A stretch of DNA of 54,948 nucleotides, counting the filler, from Barthelona sp. PAP020 (Eukaryota): NCBI GenBank assembly GCA_040182905.1. It is 2 parts of 2 records of this genome, joined end to end, with 100 filler letters (N's around TTAATTAATTAA, not from the genome) between each part and the next. Parts side by side here need not be neighbours in the genome. Positions count along the whole stretch, not along the records: positions 1 to 26,727 come from JARQWU010000016.1; 1 more part is not named here. One strand, given 5' to 3'. Both the position numbers and the translations under genes were made by a program. Shown in pieces: positions 12,376 through 21,985 of this stretch. The notes under the pieces are model-generated. The model had not been told where the DNA came from. It worked only from the letters and a program-made list of their open reading frames with translations, and searched no databases. Numbering within the stretch: the first letter of the stretch is position 1; each line of letters opens with the position of its first letter.

Positions 12376-12732
12376 TGTGTAAAATGGAGATATCAGGAAG
12401 GACAATCTTTTACATAATTTTGAACATCCTCAAGAAGATCTCCAAATATGTGGATGAATTAATACAAATTATAAATAATAATTTGAAAACTATCAAATTC
12501 AGAAAAGTTAATGGAACTTATGTGGAAGTTCATGCTCAATGAACGGAATTTATTGGAGATACAAAGAGGTCATCAAATATCACTTCCTTTATTTTGTTGT
12601 TTCTTGACCATCTTTAGGTCCAATTTTCTAAGTTACTTGGGCATCTGAATCCACGTGAGTTTTCCCCAAACCTTAAGCTAACTCGTTTCGTTGTTCACTG
12701 AACAACTCATACCTCATAAATATCTAATAAAA
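12376..12732 (+). mobile_element. Degenerate 3' fragment of a putative LINE-like element (includes repeat copy 2 at 12551-12732)
   Basis: Repeat identity with 1-182. A frameshifted CVKW-RYQE/DNLLHNFE segment resembles a zinc knuckle, the ORF remnant MELMWKFMLNERNLLEIQ...* (12511-12648) resembles the W..ERN end of LINE ORF2, and the copy ends in AATAAAAA. Confidence 0.45.
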
Positions 12733-13089
12733 ATATAAAAGAACAATAAATCGCAAAAATAAATCAATTTACCAGATCAAAAAAAATTCTTTCATTTTTC
12801 ACTGTACAATTCTAATTCTGATTCTCTGAATATATCCGAAAACATTGACAATAAGCTATTTCATTGAAACATGTGAAAAATAACAGAAATGTGAAAATGT
12901 GGAATACTGAAAAAAAAAATAAAATAAAATAAAAAAGAAAAGCACTTATCAAACTCGCAAAGATGCCTTTCAAAAAAAAAGAAAAAAATGAGGATTGTTC
13001 ACAAGCCCATCATTTTTAGCGAATCGAAATTTTCTGATTCTTCCTTTTTCTCTCGAGGTACGTAACCTACGCCCAAATTTTTGACCTGC

Positions 13090-13365
13090 CACGGTGAATG
13101 CATGAAAACTTGCACAATTAGGATAAATTTTTAAAAATATCGGAGCTTAACGCTCTTTTGAGTAATTTGTAATGCAATATTTCACACCCCGCACAGAGCG
13201 TAGCTCTCCTATGACAGCCTATGAAAGAGTAGGTCTCAAATCAGAGAGGTTCCTTTTAGGAACGCTGAACCCCTGAAAATAATAAAGATTAAAGTTTATT
13301 ATTTATAAATCAATTGAGATTCCCAGTCTCTGATTTGGATAAGTTCAAGAAACGGTTCGTGCAAG
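13090..13365 (+). ncRNA. Candidate structured RNA or transposon end (unidentified)
   Basis: Nested stems: CAAATCAGAGA 13237-47 / TCTCTGATTTG 13327-37 encloses GTTCCT-TTT-AGGAAC and AAATAATAAA/TTTATTATTT. Also AGAGC-GTA-GCTCT and GTGAATGCAT/ATGCA..TTCAC. Confidence 0.3.
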
Positions 13366-13688
13366 AAGAAAAATAAAAAGAAATTATCGAAGTCCATTGA
13401 ATGCTTAATGTTACAAACACCAATTCCACACAATAAACAGAGAAAATAGCCTTAATTTAATATCATAACCCCTTAATCACCCGAATAGGTTGTATAGCTC
13501 ATTTAGCAAATATTAAAGAAAGAGCAGTTCAATTGTATCTGAAAACAAAACATCTGCACGCAATAAATATTTGTCAACATCGTTCATTGACATAAGATGA
13601 ATATTTGCTTTTTGAATTTTGAGGAAATTTTGATGATTTCTAGTTAATCGCTAATTTTTATTTTCCATTTCTTTCTTTTTAGTTTATT

Positions 13689-13786
13689 ATGTCTGTTGAA
13701 TTAAGTGGTGAAATAGGAGAATTTATATGTGGTTTATTTCCTCTAAAGATTGATGAAAATAGTGTAGGTGAAATTGCAAATGTGAT
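13689..13786 (+). CDS. 5' fragment of a third WD40-family paralog (member C), cut by a gap
   Basis: MSVELSGEIGEFICGLFPLKIDENSVGEI matches the member A N-terminus MSDNSIGEQLSKTISCILPLKIDESSMKI. Confidence 0.75.
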
Positions 13787-13849
13787 NNNNNNNNNNNNNN
13801 NNNNNNNNNNNNNNNNNNNNNNNNNNNNNNNNNNNNNNNNNNNNNNNNN
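13787..13849. other. Assembly gap (63 N)
   Basis: Run of N. Confidence 0.99.
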
Positions 13850-13850
13850 T

Positions 13851-13973
13851 GGTGCAAAAGCAAATGGCAACATTCAAGTAACTTATAAAGGTGGTTTACC
13901 AGAAGCAATGGGTAGGCTAACTGTGAGTGTTGAAGATTTAGAATGGGTATTTTTCTTGAAAGGAAAGAAATAA
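13851..13973 (+). CDS. 3' or internal coding fragment of an unidentified gene after the gap
   Basis: GAKANGNIQVTYKGGLPEAMGRLTVSVEDLEW has coding-like composition and does not resemble the WD40 family. There is a possible GT donor after the TGG codon. Confidence 0.4.
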   Translation, partial: GAKANGNIQVTYKGGLPEAMGRLTVSVEDLEWVFFLKGKK

Positions 13974-14614
13974 GTGTCAATTTCTTTGTGTTTGCAAATT
14001 CATTTGTCATATGATTATTTTTGTTTTATACTGCAATTTCAACATAAATATTTGTTTCTTTTGTGTCTTTTCATTTTTATTTGTCGATTTCTCAATTTGC
14101 GTGGGTAATTATTGGGCAACAATCAAAATTAACTTGAATTATGGTTTTACTCTCTGAGAAATTCACTTTATTGGACACATTTCAACCCTCCATTAATTGA
14201 TTCAAAGATTGCAATTGAAAACAACAAAGTACTGAGTTTCCCATTCAATAATAATAATTTATTAACCTACTTGTTCTGTTTAGCATTCTATTTATAATTA
14301 ATAAACATCAGTTGAAGGCTTTTCTTTAATCAACAAAATATTGGCAACATTCCAACAGTTAATCAATATGTGGGAAATTAAACAAAAAAAAAAAGATTTG
14401 TGTTTATCAAAACAATAGACAAAAACCATCCAACCCTAAAAATGCAACACAAATTATTTGGTGATCTGCAATGAAAACAAACAATAAAATGAAGGATAAT
14501 TTCAATTGAAGCAGAAATGAATTCAACTAACAGGATGGGCTAACAAAAATGTGTCTAACAAGTTGCGAAAAAATTGTTCAATCTGAATGAATTATTTCAT
14601 TCAACTCCATTTAA

Positions 14615-16615
14615 TCAATTAGCATGGTAACTCATGTACGCTTTTTCATCAGAACGAAGTTTAGTGTATTTTCTAAGTGCTTGACGAATGTCAAAATGAG
14701 TTTCTTCCAATAAAAGAAGACAATGTATGGGTTTCAAATCAGTTAAATAATATATGGTGAATAGGTCTGAAATAAAAGAATCCCTATTAGGAAGTAAAAC
14801 CATTCTCATTTGTCTGCACCTAACTTTCATTTGTTTAAAAACAAAAGTTTCTTCTTCATCATCTTCATCATCATCAACATCCTCATCACTTTCCTCATGA
14901 ATTTCTTCATTGTCTTCTTCATTTGGATTTTCTTCATTTTTGCCCATATCATTCAAATTTATTACTTCTTCATTGTTTTGAACAATGTTTTCTTCATCTT
15001 TATTCAAAGATTGTTCAAGATAATCTTCATTTTGTTCAATAACTACAGCCATTTCAACTAAAACTTTAGTTTCTGTTTCGTGTCCTGTATTGTCTCTTAA
15101 AAAAAGAATCCAATAGCCAACAAGTTTATATAAACCATCAAATTCTTTACTTTTCATTATGGTTAATATTCTAAAATGATAAGAGGTTAAATGCTCAATC
15201 ATTCCAGCAAAAAACCCACTGAAATCTTCAAATCTATCTAAAATATATGGAATTTTACTTTTTATGTTTCTTTTTGACATATAAATTTTAAACACATTCT
15301 TAAACACATTTTCATTAACAAAATGATGATGATCTCTTAAAATCATGGCATCTTCAGTAAATGTCTCATATAAACATTGATTTTCCAATAAATTACAATT
15401 TTGATAATTTTCCACAAATTTTCCACAAAACTTTGAAATATTTTCAATAACATTCAAATCCTTGAAATCATCAATTTCAAGATTGGTATAAAGTTCATCT
15501 GGACTGTAAAAACAAATTGAAGGCTCACCTTGTGTAAAATGTACACCATCAATATCAATTTCAGAGTATAATTCCAAACTGTCAATAAAATCTTGACGAT
15601 ACTTAGCATGGTCATAAAAGAAATATTTGCGAACTTTTTCTTTATTTGTTTCCTTAAAATACCAATTTGATTTCCCCAAAAGAAATACATGTTTCAAATT
15701 GGGGAATTCCAAAGGTAAAAAATAGTCTTCAAAATATTCAAAAGAATTATTTGATAAATTCAAAACTTCAACATTAAAAATAAAATTTTCAACATCAACA
15801 TTGTCCGAATCATTGAAATCAACAATTTTATCAAAAAATCTCAAACCAATTTTTTCATCTAATTTATTGTTTGCAAGATCAATTACAGTAAAAGGTTCAT
15901 TTCCATCGAAATTCTTTAAAAAATTTGTTATAACAAAGGAAAAAAAATTTGCTTCTGTTAATGAAGGGATATTTTTTTTTTCAGTCGATTTCATTTTTAC
16001 ATATCTGCTAAATTGTTCATCAAAGCTGTTTAAATCTAACAATCTAGGATATTCTTCTTCAGTACGTTGAAAAATAAAATTATCAATCCCTTGTTGATAT
16101 TCTTTGTATTGGATTTGCAAAGGATTAATATTACCAAACGCAATTGGAAAAGCATCACTTTGATTTATTGGATGATCAGAAGGAAAGGGTTCTTCCTTAA
16201 AATAATTTCTAGGTTTTCTTTTAATTTGAATAGCACGATATGTAGGTGCTGAACGATTCTCATAAATATTTGTTGAAGTTTTAACTCTTGTTTTTTTATT
16301 CTTCGTTTTTGAATCCAAATTTTTTTCATTCTTTTTTTCATGTTCTGTCGATTGATTTTTATTTTTTCTTTTCGTTTTTGATTTGAAATTTGTTTCTGTT
16401 GAATCAAAACTGGAATTCATTTGTTTTGATGTTTTCTTTGGCTCATTTTTATTTCTTTTCATTTCATTTGTATCGGGTTTTCTAGAATCATTCTTTTTAT
16501 CAAATTGTTTCTTAAATCTGGATTTTGGTTTCGTTTTAGTCTCAGTTTTTTGCGAATTATCTTTTGATTCCTTATGTTCACTGTGTTTTTGGTTCTTTTT
16601 CTTAAAATAACCCAT
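14615..16615 (-). CDS. NXF1: mRNA export factor NXF1/TAP/Mex67-like
   Basis: Basic N-terminus, LRRs (VIDLANNKL, VEVLNLSNNSF, LKHVFLLG), an NTF2-like middle, and a C-terminal TAP-C/UBA-like FTIYYLTDLKPIHCLLLLEETHFDIRQALRKY. Confidence 0.75.
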   Translation of the reverse strand: MGYFKKKNQKHSEHKESKDNSQKTETKTKPKSRFKKQFDKKNDSRKPDTNEMKRNKNEPKKTSKQMNSSFDSTETNFKSKTKRKNKNQSTEHEKKNEKNLDSKTKNKKTRVKTSTNIYENRSAPTYRAIQIKRKPRNYFKEEPFPSDHPINQSDAFPIAFGNINPLQIQYKEYQQGIDNFIFQRTEEEYPRLLDLNSFDEQFSRYVKMKSTEKKNIPSLTEANFFSFVITNFLKNFDGNEPFTVIDLANNKLDEKIGLRFFDKIVDFNDSDNVDVENFIFNVEVLNLSNNSFEYFEDYFLPLEFPNLKHVFLLGKSNWYFKETNKEKVRKYFFYDHAKYRQDFIDSLELYSEIDIDGVHFTQGEPSICFYSPDELYTNLEIDDFKDLNVIENISKFCGKFVENYQNCNLLENQCLYETFTEDAMILRDHHHFVNENVFKNVFKIYMSKRNIKSKIPYILDRFEDFSGFFAGMIEHLTSYHFRILTIMKSKEFDGLYKLVGYWILFLRDNTGHETETKVLVEMAVVIEQNEDYLEQSLNKDEENIVQNNEEVINLNDMGKNEENPNEEDNEEIHEESDEDVDDDEDDEEETFVFKQMKVRCRQMRMVLLPNRDSFISDLFTIYYLTDLKPIHCLLLLEETHFDIRQALRKYTKLRSDEKAYMSYHAN

Positions 16616-17147
16616 TAAAATAAAAAAAAAGATTTCATAGTTCGTTTTTTTTCATTTTTTTAATTTATTTTCATCAGATACTTGAATCAATAATTCATTT
16701 TCTGACAAATTTAACTTTTTTTCCCATAATTTCATTGGAAAATAACTTTTTGCATTTACTTTCCTTTTTCAAATAAAAACCAATTTATTTTCTTTTGTCT
16801 CTTGGAAATAAGAACAAAGTTTTGTTCCTGACAAAACGAACATCAACTAAAAATCAGAAAATGTTGAAATTATTCCTGAAAATAAAAAAGAGAAGAAAAT
16901 TGTGCACACATGTGAAGAATTACCCCGTACAAAGACTCTTTGAACAACAATCACCTTCAATTTAAAAGAGACATCTTTTAAAGATTGTTTTATGAAAGTT
17001 TAATGATCCATAACTGATCAAAAAAAAAGGGAAAAAAAGAAAACTGTACAATTTACAAATAAAACAGGAATTAAAACTGTTTTGATTCTTTAATTATTCT
17101 ATTTTTTATGTTCTTGAATAAAAATCTCTCTCAAATATTGAACAATA

Positions 17148-20009
17148 TTAAAAAATTGCACCACAAACTAATTTATCAAACCATTGTTTCTTTAAACTTC
17201 GGTTCAACTTTATAGATACCACTTTTTTGATATCTTCCCATCCAAAGAATTTTAACAAAAGATTTTTTGCTGAAAGCAAAGAATGTAAAATTTCTGAATT
17301 TAATGAAGAGTCTTCATTAGAATTGAGATGATGATCTAAATTTCTTGGCAAAAATTCGTGCAAATTTTCCAAAAATTTGATTAGACATGATAAAAATGGT
17401 TGATCTTTAGCAAGTAGGTTGCTTTCAAGCAAAATCATAACATTATGCTTGTAATTACCACATAAATACATTAAACACTGACAAACATTTCCAAAAACAT
17501 TGATATTTTCAATATCCAATGAATTTTCAGATAAACTAATCAAAAAATCTTTTAAATTAACAATTAATTCAGAATCTTGAAAGTTTTCCAAATGTTTTGG
17601 TGAAATGTTTGATAAAATCAAAGAAGAAATCAAAGTTAAATCCTCTTCATATATTAAATTATTGGTTAAAATATTTAACAACATTCTGATATTTACTGAA
17701 GAAGTTATTGAATCATTTACAATCAAACCATTGATTAAAGCCCAACAATCATCATTCACAATATTACTATTCATGACATTTAATTCAAATGGTAAAATTA
17801 TAGGTTCAAAACTTAAAGAAGCAGAAGCAATCCTTAATAATGATGGAAAACAAGTATCTGCATTATTTGATATTATATTGAACCCTTTATTAATGATTCT
17901 TTCTTGTTCATTCAAAGTTAACGGTAATTCATACATCCCTAAGAACAATAATAAATATAAATTGGAAAATAAACTATCCAATTCAATAGATTCATTCAAA
18001 GTCAAGATTTTTCCATACAATTCAATATAAAGTTCGAAAAATAAACAATTTAAATTGCAAAACATTTCTTCTTCAATATGAAAAGACTTAAGAAAGTATA
18101 ATATTCTGTAAATTTCTTTTTCTTTTTCTGTTGTTTGATCAAACCCATTTAAAAACGATTGCATCAACCATTGAATAGGAATAAAGGATTGAAAAGTCTT
18201 TTCCTCGGTATGATGTTCCAAATCATTTTTTCTTAATTTTAACTTCAACCATGACCATTCAATGTAAGGGAAACTTTGTAAAATCTTTTCACACCTTTCA
18301 TTTACTGTAATTGGTTGTTGTATTAAAACATCAAACATTTCAGAAGGAGATTGTGAATGAGATTGTGTAGGAGATTGTGAGAAAAACAAAAAAACAAAAA
18401 AATTTCCCTCAGTTTTTGCTAATTTTCTGATAAATATTTTAAAATTTTCATTTTCAAAAATTAATGGATGAATGATTAACAATTCATTCAATAATAACAT
18501 TGAGATGACGAAATATACATTTTGAATGTCAATAATACAACTATTTAATGTCTGCAACAAATGTTCAATTTTTTGAAAGTCAATTAAAGTTTCAAAACAA
18601 TAAATAAAAGTTTTCAAATAATCTAAGGATACTTTTTCTTTTTCTTCTTCTTCTCTATTGTTATTAAAATTATAAAAATTGGTAAATACGTATAAACTTT
18701 TCTTTACAGAATTATATTGACAATGAAAAACTTCAAAATCAACAGCATTCTTTTTAAATAATTCTAAAAAGCATATGGATAACATAAAACTGAAATATAA
18801 AGCATATTCATGATTTTTGCTGATAATATCACAATTATTATTTATGAAATTTATTAAAACATAAGATAAATCATGAATTTGATATTCATTTAAAATTTCA
18901 AAATTATTCAGTAACAATTGCAAACTTTGAAAAATTAATTGATCATTTGTTTCATCTTCAATTGATTCAATAGTTTTTGAATGAATTTTACTTTGATTTT
19001 GATTTTGTTGTGGTTGTTCTTGATCCAAATCTAAATCATTTAACAAATCAAGAATGAAAGGAAACATTAAATTAACAATAATATAAGGTGGAAACATTTT
19101 CAATTTGAAAATATGTTCAAAAAACTTCAAAAAGAAAGGAATAAGATCTATTCTTTTAATATAACTCAATAAAATATCAAAATTTGCTGAAAAATAATAC
19201 AAATACTTTTCATCAATATTTATCAATTTAAAACATGATAAAACTGTTTCACTATCCATATAATAATCTTTTAATTGTTTAATAATTATATTTGTATCTT
19301 CAAATACTTCCTTATCAAAAAAATTGAAAATATCTAACCTTAAACTATTGCTTATTATCTTATTGCTATCAAATATCAATAATTCTTCTTTTTCAGGGTG
19401 TTTCAAGTTGTACAAAAAAATTAAAAAAGTAACTTTCAACATTTCTTTACTGTTTAAAATATTTTTATATAATATTAAACAGTTACCATATATATATTGT
19501 AAAGTTGATTTTGATAAATTAAATATCGAAAAAATACTCAATATAGAAAAAAAATTCAATATTTGATCAAAAAATTCAATATTTCCAAAATATTCATTTA
19601 TATTTAATACTAAATAATTATAAATATTAGAAATATTCAAATCAAATTTGTTCTTTTCTCTCAAAATCAAATTCTGTAAAATTTGTAATATCAAACTTAA
19701 ATTTTCAATCGACATATTTTCCATCCTACATGTACATAATTGTTCTTGAAAACTTGCTGTAAAAATTTGATTTTCCATCAATTCATTTAATATTATTTCA
19801 CTTTGTGTTAAAACATTTAAAACAGATAAATGTTTCAAATCAAATTTAAAATCTTTCAATAATGAATTTATTATAGATGTTTTACAATAAATACAACCAA
19901 ACTTTGGTATAGTGTTAATAAATTCATCCCATTTTTCTTCTTTTTCTTCACAATATTCTCGATATCTTCGATTATATCCCTGAGTTATATGTTCAGGTAT
20001 GTTGAACAT
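17148..20009 (-). CDS. Hypothetical alpha-helical (ARM/HEAT-like) protein
   Basis: 953-aa ORF rich in L/I/F/N with an amphipathic helical pattern; no diagnostic motif recognised. Confidence 0.7.
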   Translation of the reverse strand: MFNIPEHITQGYNRRYREYCEEKEEKWDEFINTIPKFGCIYCKTSIINSLLKDFKFDLKHLSVLNVLTQSEIILNELMENQIFTASFQEQLCTCRMENMSIENLSLILQILQNLILREKNKFDLNISNIYNYLVLNINEYFGNIEFFDQILNFFSILSIFSIFNLSKSTLQYIYGNCLILYKNILNSKEMLKVTFLIFLYNLKHPEKEELLIFDSNKIISNSLRLDIFNFFDKEVFEDTNIIIKQLKDYYMDSETVLSCFKLINIDEKYLYYFSANFDILLSYIKRIDLIPFFLKFFEHIFKLKMFPPYIIVNLMFPFILDLLNDLDLDQEQPQQNQNQSKIHSKTIESIEDETNDQLIFQSLQLLLNNFEILNEYQIHDLSYVLINFINNNCDIISKNHEYALYFSFMLSICFLELFKKNAVDFEVFHCQYNSVKKSLYVFTNFYNFNNNREEEEKEKVSLDYLKTFIYCFETLIDFQKIEHLLQTLNSCIIDIQNVYFVISMLLLNELLIIHPLIFENENFKIFIRKLAKTEGNFFVFLFFSQSPTQSHSQSPSEMFDVLIQQPITVNERCEKILQSFPYIEWSWLKLKLRKNDLEHHTEEKTFQSFIPIQWLMQSFLNGFDQTTEKEKEIYRILYFLKSFHIEEEMFCNLNCLFFELYIELYGKILTLNESIELDSLFSNLYLLLFLGMYELPLTLNEQERIINKGFNIISNNADTCFPSLLRIASASLSFEPIILPFELNVMNSNIVNDDCWALINGLIVNDSITSSVNIRMLLNILTNNLIYEEDLTLISSLILSNISPKHLENFQDSELIVNLKDFLISLSENSLDIENINVFGNVCQCLMYLCGNYKHNVMILLESNLLAKDQPFLSCLIKFLENLHEFLPRNLDHHLNSNEDSSLNSEILHSLLSAKNLLLKFFGWEDIKKVVSIKLNRSLKKQWFDKLVCGAIF

Positions 20010-20384
20010 TAAATGAAAAGTAAAAAAAAGTAAAAAGTATTAGATTAAAGGAAAATGGCAAAATCGACTTCTTTTTTATTCCTTTCAAATTTAAAACTCA
20101 TTGTTTGTCATTGTATTTTTCAATATAAAACCCACAAAAAATAGAATGTACAGATTGCTTTGTAAATCTTCACCTATCAAATTTCAAAAATTGACATCCA
20201 AAAACAAAGATTTAAAAAACTAAAAGCAAAAGAGATTTATAACATGGAAAAATATTGAAGAAAAAAATATATATTCAAAATGAACATTCAAAAAATGTAA
20301 AACTGACTGAATACCATATCAAAAGTAAGTTCATTCAACAATAAATAATTATAATTAATGAAAAAGAAGCATTTTTTTCATTGA

Positions 20385-21581
20385 TTATGTGTCAGAGTCA
20401 CTTAAATCACTTTTATCAAACACTTTTTGAGCAAACATGTACATATTACCACCATTTATTTCATTAACATCAACCAAATCCCAGCAAAGATCACTAATCA
20501 ATTCATATTCATAAGGAGACATTGATATTCCTTCAGCAACCATTTCTCTGATTGTTGATTGACTCCAACCCACAGAAATACCATTTGCCAAAACAAAAAC
20601 ACCAGACTTTGTCATTTCAACAAGTTTTATTTTATCCAATTGACTAACAGTAAATAAGATAGGATATCTTTTAACATGCTGATTATCACACTTGCCACAA
20701 ACTAAAGACTTTTTGTCAGGAGATATTGCAAATGAAAAGACCTCAGAATTACAATTGCAAAAAACTTTTTGAATTTGTTGACCAGTACTAATATCAACAC
20801 AAAAAATGTAACCATCACCAGCCATCAAAATCAAAATATCATGCGAAAAAAATTGCAAAGCATAAATGGCACCATTGAATTTGAAAGTATCAACCAACCG
20901 TCCATCAAAGATATCATACAATTGAACAACATTTGCAAATCCTCCAACTGCAATAAGATTACCAAACGGTTGAAAACAAACAGCAAATACAAAAGATGGA
21001 TAAACAAACTCTTGAAAACATGACAGTTCAATTGAATCAACAATCCTTACAGTACCATTTTTACATCCGGATAAAATATATTCATCATTTGATGAAATTG
21101 CTATTTGATTGATCCAATCAGTATGAACGGTTGTCTTTTTACAAACACGCATTTCTTCAATATTCAATTTGATTATTTGACCAAGATAGTCAGCAAAAAA
21201 TAAATATTTTGAACAATTAGAAAAAGCAAGACTTAACACCAATGAATAATGTTCATATGTTGCAAAAATAGAAAAATCTTCCATTTTGTAAATGATGATG
21301 GAATATCTAAAGGTACACACAGCCATAAAAAGTCCATTTGATGAAAAATCAACAGAATAAATACTGGTGGTTTCAATGTCTGAAGGAACTGGAACTTTAA
21401 TAATCGAATCATCACATAACAAAATTGGTAATTCACCAGTTCCCAAAGCAATGTGTTTACCATCTGAAGAATATTTACAATCTTTCAACAATGAAATTTT
21501 AACATCCAATATTGACATATTCTCAATATCAAGCAATGGAATGAGTGTTTGTTGAATATAATTTGCTATTGATTCCTCCAT
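20385..21581 (-). CDS. WD40-repeat protein, local family member B
   Basis: WD blades (SVDFSSNGLFMAV, HTDWINQIAISSNDEYILSGCKNGTVRIVD) and the shared C-terminal LCWDLVDxNxxNGGNM motif seen in 11051-12259. Confidence 0.9.
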   Translation of the reverse strand: MEESIANYIQQTLIPLLDIENMSILDVKISLLKDCKYSSDGKHIALGTGELPILLCDDSIIKVPVPSDIETTSIYSVDFSSNGLFMAVCTFRYSIIIYKMEDFSIFATYEHYSLVLSLAFSNCSKYLFFADYLGQIIKLNIEEMRVCKKTTVHTDWINQIAISSNDEYILSGCKNGTVRIVDSIELSCFQEFVYPSFVFAVCFQPFGNLIAVGGFANVVQLYDIFDGRLVDTFKFNGAIYALQFFSHDILILMAGDGYIFCVDISTGQQIQKVFCNCNSEVFSFAISPDKKSLVCGKCDNQHVKRYPILFTVSQLDKIKLVEMTKSGVFVLANGISVGWSQSTIREMVAEGISMSPYEYELISDLCWDLVDVNEINGGNMYMFAQKVFDKSDLSDSDT

Positions 21582-21985
21582 TTTATAATCAACACAAATG
21601 TCGTATCATAAAGAAAAATAAAAAAACGAAACAAAAATTATTCTTTCATCTCTTCCTTTTTTCAATATGAAATGCATGTATTTGATAATTAAATAATTAA
21701 TACCAAAGAAAGAATCAATACTTTTTTTTTATTAACTTTTCAATTTGAACACCTTATCAAACAATTTAAGAAAGGGCAAATATCGAATCAATAACATTCT
21801 TATTTCAATACAATAAAAAGATATTCAAATTAATCAAAAAGTTCTAAATATTAAAAATTATTAAAGAAACATTACGAAAAGCAACATTTTAATGAACAAA
21901 AGAAACAAACTAACAAAAGATTTATAAACAAAACCAATTTTTTTTATTTTCTTTTGTAAAAAAAACCCAAAATTGAATAATAATT

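Noticed and set aside
13071..13095. Sm-site-like AATTTTTGA between small hairpins (U4/U5?)
   Set aside because: There is no U5 loop GCCTTTTAC or U6-pairing segment upstream, and the motif is common in AT-rich DNA.
13191..13235. ACAGAG..AGC followed by CTCCTATGACAGCCTATGAAAGAG, resembling U6/U6atac
   Set aside because: The ACAGAG-to-AGC spacing is too short and the internal stem-loop does not pair.
16810..16945. Short coding-like remnant (EQSFVPDKTNIN*KSENVEIIPENKKEKKIVHTCEELP)
   Set aside because: It is too short and interrupted to support a pseudogene call.
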